Of a DNA stretch of 64,000 nucleotides, positions 1-9,235 are shown piece after piece (position 1 is the stretch's first letter; every line of letters begins with the position of its first letter). Both the position numbers and the translations under genes were made by a program. The notes below the pieces were generated by a model. That model did no database searches, was not told the origin of the DNA, and was given only the letters and a program-made list of their open reading frames with translations. The stretch is from Octopus sinensis (Eukaryota): positions 142,414,001 through 142,478,000 of the forward strand of contig NC_042998.1 in the NCBI RefSeq assembly GCF_006345805.1, written 5' to 3'.

Positions 1-19
1 TGTTAATAATATTGGTATA

Positions 20-52
20 ATGACTTTCCCTAGACACAGCAATATATATATG

Positions 53-86
<34 letters not shown>

Positions 87-432
87 TGTATGTATGTATG
101 TGTTTATGTATGTATGTATGTATGTATATATGTATGTATGTATGTATGCATGTGTATGTATGTATGTATGTATGTATGTATGTATGTATATATAGACACA
201 GCAATATATATGTATATATCTGTATGTATGTATACATATATAGAAATAACTTTCTATTACTTCTAATATAGGATAAAATTTTTGTCAAAAAAATTCCATC
301 AAAATGGCCAGCATATTAAATACTTTTAAAGGTGAAAATTATAACATATAAAATTATATAATGTTTATATATCTTTATATATACATACATATATATATGT
401 ATATATATATATTTATATATATACTATATATA

Positions 433-470
<38 letters not shown>

Positions 471-545
471 CTATATATATATATGTATGTAGATGTAGGT
501 ATGTATGTATGTATGTATGTAATGTATGTATGTATGTATGTATGC
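20..545. repeat. (TATG)n / (TA)n microsatellites
   Basis: Directly visible tandem TATG and TA runs. They explain the YVCM-type ORFs in the track. Confidence 0.95.
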
Positions 546-550
546 ATATA

Positions 551-833
551 CAGTGGGGAAAATAAATATTCGTACATGTCAAAATTCTTTATTTAATTAA
601 TTTCTAATGAACATAAATGGGATATACCAATACTATATTTGCATACACATTTATAAATTAAAAATATGCAAAAGAAACTAATAAATTAGTTACTGTAATT
701 TATTAGTTTCTTTTGCATATTCTTAGTTTATGCATGTGTATGCAAATATAGTATTGGTATGTCCCATTTATGTTCATTAAAAATTAAATAAATAAAGAAT
801 TTTGACATATACGAATATTTATTTCCCCCACTG
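551..833. mobile_element. Tc1/mariner-type MITE, fully palindromic (283 bp)
   Basis: TA|CAGTGGGGAAAATAAATATTCGTA...TACGAATATTTATTTCCCCCACTG|TA. Arms of ~138 bp fold back around a 7-nt spacer (689-695). TA flanks and a CAGTG terminus are typical of Tc1-like TIRs. Confidence 0.9.
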
Positions 834-909
834 TATATATATATATATATATATATAAGGATGAAAAGGAACACACGAGTTGATATATATGAAAAAACAA
901 GTCAAGAAC

Positions 910-955
910 ATTTCAGTACCGGTTTCAGTCATGTTGAGACCTTTTCAACTGTAAC
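910..955 (-). ncRNA. Minimal type I hammerhead ribozyme, U3-A8 core variant
   Basis: Minus strand GTTACAG TTGAAAA GGTC TCAACAT GACT GAAAC CG GTA CTGAAAT gives stem I, core, stem II, GAAA, palindromic stem III (ACCGGT), GUA site and stem I'. Confidence 0.6.
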
Positions 956-989
956 GATTAAATAATTAAATTTAGAAAAATTAAAAATC

Positions 990-1035
990 GTTACAGTTGA
1001 AAAGGTCTCAAAATGACTGAAACCGGTACTGAAAT
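990..1035 (+). ncRNA. Minimal type I hammerhead ribozyme, U3-A8 core variant
   Basis: GTTACAG TTGAAAA GGTC TCAAAAT GACT GAAAC CG GTA CTGAAAT. Predicted cleavage after A1028. Confidence 0.6.
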
Positions 1036-1083
1036 GTTCTTTATAAAATTATTTTAGCATTTTCTATCTTGACTTGTTTTTTC

Positions 1084-1154
<71 letters not shown>

Positions 1155-1632
1155 GTGTGTGTGCCTGTCTGCCTGTCTGTATGAGTTAGACGTTAATAAA
1201 CCATCTAAGGGATATTAAATATCCAATATACTACTGGATGTGTACCTACGTATTTTTAACCAAGTGCTTACTATTGCATGGCAATATTGCAATTGAATAC
1301 TAGATATGGGTCTTTACTGGCTGATATTTGTCGATTTTATATCCTCCCCATTTTCTTCTTTGCCTATATATATATATATTTCTTCTTTTTATCTTTTTAT
1401 TTCTTCCACTCATTAGACCGCAGCCATATTGAAGAATTTTTTTATCGAATGTACCGATTCCGTACAACTATTTTAAGCCTGGTATTTATTCTATCGGTCT
1501 TTTGCCGAACCGCAAAATCACGGAGACGTAAACCACACCAGCACCGGTTTTCGAACAGTGGTGGGAACAAATACAGACACGAAAATACACACCCATATAC
1601 ATATATATATATATATATAATATCTATATATA

Positions 1633-1667
<35 letters not shown>

Positions 1668-2105
1668 AATATGTATATATATAAATATATTTATATATAT
1701 AACACACAGACACACACACACACACACAACATTATATATATATATATTATATATATATATATATATATATCTAATACAAATATGGGTCAAAAAGCAAATC
1801 ATCCAGACAGACGATACAAAGAAACAAAGACGGGTCATTCGGAGTTTTCTTTCCTCGGTCGAGTTCCAGATTATCTTTGCAATTTCGGCTGGTTATACTC
1901 GAGACTGCTCAAATCTGGCCAGCTCCAAGAAAAAAATAAGCTAAGAGCACTAGATTCCTTGGAAGAAAGCAGCGAATGTATACGAAAACAAGGACGGAAA
2001 AAACCGGAGAAATGGTACACAATCCAAATAACAGGACTAAGGACGAATTAAATTAAGCTGGCGTGTATGGAAGTAAGCCTTACGGCAAGGACATAAAATT
2101 TGACA

Positions 2106-2156
<51 letters not shown>

Positions 2157-2168
2157 ATATATATATAT

Positions 2169-2637
2169 GGACAGGACCACCCGCGCCAACCTCATCAACA
2201 GTACAGTTCTACCTGCAATGTTATATGGCTGTGAAACATGGGCTACAACAAAGAGAGAAGAGCAGAGACTGGTAACGGCTCAAAGAGCTAAGGAAAGGTC
2301 AATGCTTGGTATCTCGTTGAGCACATCAGTAGCGAGATCATCAGAAAGAATTCGGGCGTGAGGGATGTCATCGCAGAGTATACATGCAGCAAGTTTAGAT
2401 GGGCTGGACACGTCGCCGGCTCACAGATAATCGGTGGACCCACGCAGTTGTCGAGTGATACCCGCACGAGGGGAAATGACCACTCGGAAGGCCTCCACGA
2501 CGGTGGAGTTACGATTTCAGGAGGACGATTGGGATCACGTGGATGAGAAAGGCGCGATCCAGAGAGGAGTGGACAGCATGCTGTGACCAGCGGTGTCAAA
2601 TGGACGCCTGACGGACTGGTCGGTCAAAGTGATCAAA

Positions 2638-2642
<5 letters not shown>
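2169..2642 (+). mobile_element. 5'-truncated RTE-clade LINE, 3' end
   Basis: Frameshifted NSTVLPAMLYGCETW...QRAKERSMLGISL...FRWAGHVA matches the RTE ORF C-terminus. Ends in (CAAAGTGAT)2 and sits within (TA)n on both sides. Confidence 0.85.
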
Positions 2643-2686
<44 letters not shown>

Positions 2687-2920
2687 AACATATATATACA
2701 TATATATATATGTAAACATCACCATTGTTTAAAAGGTCTCTTTTCAAAGGCAAATTTAATGAACTGTAAATATAATGGGTTTGTCTCTTTTTTTCTAGGA
2801 TGTTAGCAACCAGAATTAGGTAAAAGATAGTTTTCTCTTCAGAGTAAATGATAAAAAATATCATTTTTACTCTTGATAATTGAGCAAGAGGGACACATTG
2901 ATGTGAAGCGAGCGGATGCA

Positions 2921-3097
<177 letters not shown>

Positions 3098-4006
3098 TAC
3101 AAGATGTTTGTATTTTCAGAATATGACCAAAAGTAAGTTTACATAAAGGTAAGAAATCCGACTGAGGTCGTCACATTTCGTAACAGATTTCATAATTCCG
3201 ATAGAATGTCTCTTTTATCAAGCTGCCTGCATCAGAGTCGACGGTTGCGAAATAGAGAGAAAGAGTCAGTATGGGGAACGAGAGAGAGAGAGCTACTGAG
3301 AGAGAAAGAGAGAGGGAGAGTCAAGTAGAGAGACAGTTTAGTGTAAAAGGCGCGCAGAAACATAGAGAATGGCTGGTCCACTAGTAGCCAGTTGTGACTT
3401 GGTTGTAGGTTGGTGCCTAGAGATAAGCAATTCAGAATAGCAGACATTATTATGAAACGAATATTAATTCTTATAAATAAAATAAGCTTCGTGGAGCTGT
3501 GCGTCTCTTTTCCCCAGTTCACAGGTAATTGTAACAAGGTATAGGGTTATATTTTAATACCAACAAGCTATAGAATAACCCTGAAATTTCGAATATTATT
3601 CTCATGAAAGCATTAGCGAAAGTTTATAATTTTATAGTCTCCTTCTCTAAATGAAATAATTTACGTGAGTTATATTCAGTGAACATAGCCTCTTTCCCAT
3701 TGATTTTTATGTTTCCACGAAAATAACCTTTAGCTTCAAACTTAAACAGGGTCGTAATTACAGCGACATCGATTCGCTTTTATTGCATTATGCTTTCCCT
3801 AAATGTTTCACATAAGGCTTTAACATTTTGTCTGAAAACATTGTGAAATGTTGCAGTTGGCATATTAATGCAACCTCATGAATAAATAGATGCATAAAAC
3901 ACACATTGAGACAACTACTGCTAAAAATCAGGAAGGATTGACAGTAGCACTTTAAATAACCAATACACGACATACAATGCATACATGTATATATATATAT
4001 ATATTA

Positions 4007-4044
<38 letters not shown>

Positions 4045-4544
4045 CTGAAACTACAATAATTACAGCAACTAATATGTGTGCATGCATTCGTATATGTATA
4101 TACGTTTGAATTTACAAACAACCGATAGAATATATTACACAAAATGTGGTACTGTTAATTAATTTATTCCGGTTCTCACGCTGACATGAATAACAAAAGC
4201 AAGGAATAAAGTCTCACTTTCGAAAATATACAATGTGTGTGTGTGTGTAGGGCGAGAGAGAGTGAGATGTGTGTCTGTGTGTATGTATGTATGTATGTAT
4301 GTATGTATATATATAAATGAGTATATGTAGATATGTAGATATATATGTATATATACACAGATATATATAGAAGTACATATATATACATACATGAATATAT
4401 CTATCTATATATATATATATACGTATACACACACACATACATATATACATATAAACGTATACACACACATGCATACAAACTATAACAACTAAAAAGATTA
4501 TATAATATATATATATATATATATATTTGTGTATGTATATATAT

Positions 4545-4648
<104 letters not shown>

Positions 4649-4852
4649 TATAATTTAGGGTATCTAAGAGATACCTCCACGCCGGAAATAGCAGCCAAAA
4701 CTTTACTCTAAAACTACATTAAATGTTCATACAGCACCAGAAGAGAAGACAAAAGGACAAGATGAACTAGCAACCTTTGAAGTTTTTATTCCCATGCCGG
4801 CCACTTGATAAGATCGATAATTAAATTAACGATCGTATCCTTATTTATATAA

Positions 4853-4889
<37 letters not shown>

Positions 4890-5789
4890 AACTATAAAAA
4901 TTAACAAAGTGCGCATAATATATCTATGAACTATTAAAACTAACAAGATGTATATGATATTATATGAACTATTAGAACCAACAAGATATATATGATATGA
5001 TATATACATGAAATATATAAAGACTACATCATCAAAACATCAAAGTCTCAGAACAGCTAAAAAGTTAAAGAAAACAAAATTTTAATGCATTAATTAGTTT
5101 TATAAATTACGAAAAGGGATTTAATGAACATACAAATATTAATTAATGTCGGTTAACTTTGAAATATTTAAAAGTCGTTTATTCAACTCATTTATTCACT
5201 CAAAATTGCAACATCAGAATTTTATTTTTTATTTTACAGTATGAATCTTTTGTGGAAAGCGCATTTTACATCAAGATGGGAGACATATTTTTATGAGGTG
5301 TAGTGTAGTTTATATTGGAACTAGCTTCTTGACTTGTTCATGGTGGTGTTTGTGATGGCGTTGACAGTGTTTGCTGTATATGTTACTCTTCAGGAAACTT
5401 CTCGTATTCTGCTAGAAATAAATTTATAATGTTTTGAACAAAACTCGCGACAAAGTTACGGCAGTTTCGACCTAGATTTGCGCAAAAATCACTACAGTAT
5501 TTCGTTGTATTTAGTATGCAAGATTCTTGATGAGAAAACGTGCCTAACTCTGACGTCTCTAATAAAGTATATAAATTGTATAGAGAAATTCGAAGAAATG
5601 TTTTAGTACAATGGTAGAACGACTGTCATGTCAACAAGGTATATTGGTTCATGTCGAGTCCCAGGGCAACCTTTGAGTTTTTCAGACCAAAAGAGATTTT
5701 CGTTCTGTCGAAAGTTTATAAATCCTTAATGGAATAAATATCTATTCTCTCGTTTCATTTATCTTATATATATATATGTGTGTGTGTGT

Positions 5790-5838
<49 letters not shown>

Positions 5839-5849
5839 TATACATACAC

Positions 5850-5902
<53 letters not shown>

Positions 5903-5923
5903 ATGTATGGATGAGTGTGTGTG

Positions 5924-5966
<43 letters not shown>

Positions 5967-5967
<1 letters not shown>

Positions 5968-6634
5968 AAGAGGAATTCAAAAATTATCCGCACTTTCGCC
6001 ATAACATATCTTTATTATTGTCACACTGCCTTCTGCGTATGCGTGCTTATAGTCGGTACTACTGAGGTCACGTGATCGAAGTTTGAGCCTGATCGCACCA
6101 TTTTACTATGTGGCTTTACAATGCAAGCATGGCCGCTCCACTAGCAATGTGCACCAAAGAAGAACAAAGAGCAGTGGTCCGACTTCTATGGTCGAAAGGT
6201 GTGTCAGGTACTGAAATTCATCGGAGGCTTTTAGCACAATACGGGGACAGCACTACCGCATAGAAGTGTGTATGAGCGGATCGGGAAGTTTAAAAGTCAC
6301 CGGATAAGCGTGACGCGCGAAGAGGGAGCAGGAAATTCGTCAACCTCTGTCACTGACGAGAAGATTCAGCAAGCTCGAGAGATGGTAATTGTGAACCGGT
6401 TCACCATTACCCTGTCTTGGATCACTGCTCTGTGTTCTTCTTTGGTACAAATTGCTAGTGGAACAGCCATGCTTACACTGTAAAGCCAGAGAGGAAAATG
6501 GCGCGATCAGACTCAAACTTCGCTCACGTAACCACGATATTACCAACTATTAGCCCGCATCCACAGAAGGCAGTGTGGCAATTATAAACATATATGTTAT
6601 GGCAAAATTGCGGATAATTTTTTACTTCCCCTCG
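5967..6634 (+). mobile_element. Mariner-derived foldback non-autonomous element (two 5' ends)
   Basis: Right end TA-CGAGGGGAAGTAAAAAATTATCCGC (minus strand) matches left CAAGAGGAATTCAAAAATTATCCGC. ~215-bp inverted arms (5967-~6180 and ~6415-6634) both contain the transposase start. The middle encodes MAAPLAMCTKEEQRAVVRLLWSKGVSGTEIHRRL... (mariner HTH). Confidence 0.85.
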
Positions 6635-7025
6635 TAAACATGTGTGTGCGCTTGTATTTGTTCCCCTATATGCATGCATGTGCCCGCGTTTATGTTTCTT
6701 CCTTTACACTGATTGCAGTCGGTGTTTGTTTGTTTGTTTGTTTGTTTACGTCCCCGAAATTTAGTGGTTCAGCAAAACAGGCCGACAGAAGAGATACTAG
6801 ACTTGAAAAAAAATGTACTTGAGTTGATTATTTTCCAACTAAACCCTTCAAGACGTTGCCTCAGTATGGTCGCTGTTCAATGACTGAAACACGTAAAAGA
6901 TAAAAGGTATACATATATACAGCCGTGGGAGATAACTCTGGGTGAGTGCAGCAGTAAAGCTTGCCAATCACAATATATTTACATTAAGTATGGGGCAAAA
7001 TGTAAATATATATATATATACATAC

Positions 7026-7107
<82 letters not shown>

Positions 7108-7310
7108 GGGCTCCTAAATAAAGATGCCGAGTGCTGGGAACACCCTTCTTGTTTATATTCGCATACTACATGATGGATTTATTCGTAAAATTTTTCCCGG
7201 CATGCCCGTGTAAATTTTGCGTCTGCGCAGAGATTTGAAAAGTTAAGATCTGCTAGTAGTCGGGTTCAACACATAGTCCCACATCGCTGCAGACCTCGAT
7301 TATATTTAGG

Positions 7311-7385
7311 CGACTCGCTGATGAAGCTGGCCTTAGCAAACATTTCTGTGTTTTGCTAGAAAGAAGCGAACCGCGGTACGAGTTG
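7311..7385 (+). ncRNA. Type I hammerhead ribozyme, unit 1
   Basis: CGACTCG CTGATGA A GCT..[TAGCAAA/TTTGCTA hairpin]..AGC GAAC CGCG GTA CGAGTTG. GAAA is one A short in this copy, possibly a sequencing indel. Site after A7378. Confidence 0.7.
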
Positions 7386-7752
7386 TTAAAGTTATCGGTA
7401 AACGTTTTTGATTTTCACTCTCGATAAATTCATCCCCTTTTTGTGTTCCCAGCACTCGGCATCTTTATTTAGGAGCCCTTAATTGTATAACTACATGAAT
7501 AATATTTTTCTATATGAATAATATTTTTGTCTTATGACTAATTCGTCTTTTGTGCTGGGCACCTGGTAGTAAATAATATTACTACCCTTCTTGTTTATAT
7601 TCGCATACTACATGATGGATTTATTCGTAAAATTTTTCCCGGCATGCCCGTGTAAATTTTGCGTCTGCGCAGAGATTTGAAAAGTTAAGATCTGCTAGTA
7701 GTCGGGTTCAACACATAGTCCCACATCGCTGCAGACCTCGATTAAATTTAGG

Positions 7753-7830
7753 CGACTCGCTGATGAAGCTGGCCTTAGCAAACATATTCTGTGTTTTGCT
7801 AGAAAGAAGCAGAAACCGCGGTACGAGTTG
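7753..7830 (+). ncRNA. Type I hammerhead ribozyme, unit 2
   Basis: CGACTCG CTGATGA A GCT...AGC A GAAAC CGCG GTA CGAGTTG: 7-bp stem I, canonical CUGAUGA and GAAA, palindromic loop 3. GUA site after A7823. Confidence 0.85.
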
Positions 7831-8197
7831 TTAAAGTTATCGGTAAACGTTTTTGATTTTCACTCTCGATAAATTCTCCCCCTTTTTGTGTTCCCAGCAC
7901 TCGGCATCTTTATTTAGGAGCCCTTAATTGTATAACTACATGAATAATATTTTTCTATATGAATAATATTTTTGTCTTATGACTAATTCGTCTTTTGTGC
8001 TGGGCACCTGTAGTAAATAATATTTCTACCCTTCTTGTTTATATTCGCATACTACATGATGGATTTATTCGTAAAATTTTCCCGCATGCCCGTGTAAATT
8101 TTGCGTCTGCGCAGAGATTTGAAAAGTTAAGATCTGCTAGTAGTCGGGTCTTCAACATAGTCCCACATCGCTGCAGACCTCGATTATTTATATTAGG

Positions 8198-8277
8198 CGA
8201 CTCGCTGATGAAGCTGGCCTTAGCAAACATATTCTGTGTTTTGCTAGAAAGAAGCAGAGAAACCGCGGTACGAGTTG
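8198..8277 (+). ncRNA. Type I hammerhead ribozyme, unit 3
   Basis: Same fold, with GAAAC CGCG GTA CGAGTTG. Site after A8270. Confidence 0.8.
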
Positions 8278-8638
8278 TTAAAGTTATCGGTAAACGTTTT
8301 TTGATTTTCACTCTCGATAAATTCATCCCCTTTTTGTGTTCCCGCACTCGGCATCTTTATTTAGGAGCCCTTAATTGTATAACTACATGAATAATATTTT
8401 TCTATATGAATAATATTTTTGTCTTTGACTTATTCGTCTTTTGTGCTGGGCACCTGGTAGTAAATAATATTACTACCTCTTGTTTATATTCGCATACTAC
8501 CTGATGGATTTATTCGTAAAATTTTTCCCGGCTGCCCGTGTAATTTTGCGTCTGCGCAGAGATTTGAAAAGTTAAGATCGCTAGTAGTCGGGTTCAACAC
8601 ATAGTCCCACATCGCTGCAGACCTCGATTAAATTTAGG

Positions 8639-8722
8639 CGACTCGCTGATGAAGCTGGCCTTAGCAAACATCATATTCTGTGTTTTGCTAGAAGAAAGAA
8701 CAAAACCGCGTGGTACGAGTTG
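8639..8722 (+). ncRNA. Type I hammerhead ribozyme, unit 4 (degenerate or noisy)
   Basis: Stem I and CTGATGA are intact. The GAAAC region reads CAAAACCGCGTGGTA. Site after A8715. Confidence 0.55.
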
Positions 8723-8968
8723 TTAAAGTTATCGGTAAACGTTTTTGATTTTCACTCTCGATAAATCATCCCCTTTTTGTGTTCCCAGCACTCGGCATCT
8801 TTATTTAGGAGCCCTTAATTGTATAACTACATGAATAATATTTTTCTATATGATAATATTTTTGTCTTATGACTAATTCGTCTTTTATGCTGGGCACCTG
8901 GTATAAATAATATTACTACCCTTCTTGTTTATATATATATATACATATATATTATATATAATATATAT

Positions 8969-9017
<49 letters not shown>

Positions 9018-9106
9018 GTTTGTTCGTATGAGATAAAAAACCAAGGCAGTGTATTTTAGAACATTTATAGATAGAAGGTCTTACAACTGTTTCCAGGATA
9101 TTTATG

Positions 9107-9139
<33 letters not shown>

Positions 9140-9143
9140 ATGC

Positions 9144-9144
<1 letters not shown>

Positions 9145-9174
<30 letters not shown>

Positions 9175-9204
9175 CATACATACATACATACATACATACA
9201 TACA

Positions 9205-9235
<31 letters not shown>
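9145..9235. repeat. (TACA)n microsatellite
   Basis: Directly visible. Confidence 0.95.

Larger units (their letters stand above)
883..1091. mobile_element. Inverted pair of Penelope-like pseudo-LTR fragments
   Basis: 904-959 is inverted at 986-1041, and 883-907 is inverted at 1067-1091. Each arm carries a hammerhead-like motif. Confidence 0.6.
7102..8930 (+). mobile_element. Tandem array of four ~445-bp hammerhead-containing units (retrozyme / Penelope pseudo-LTR-like)
   Basis: Units start at 7142, 7584, 8028 and 8475, with a 13-bp partial unit at 8918. A 42-bp exact inverted copy of 7443-7484 lies at 7102-7143. (TA)n on both sides, and one hammerhead per unit. Confidence 0.85.

Noticed and set aside
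1278-2051. 257-aa ORF as a host gene
   Set aside because: It reads through a SINE fragment, microsatellites and a repeat fragment, and has no recognisable domain.
7995-8390. 131-aa and 102-aa ORFs in the tandem unit
   Set aside because: They are open only in unit 3 because of its indels and are not preserved in the other units.
7142-8930. CRISPR array or rDNA/snRNA tandem
   Set aside because: The units are wholly repeated with no unique spacers, there are no cas genes, the context is eukaryotic, and I recognise no rRNA or snRNA sequence.
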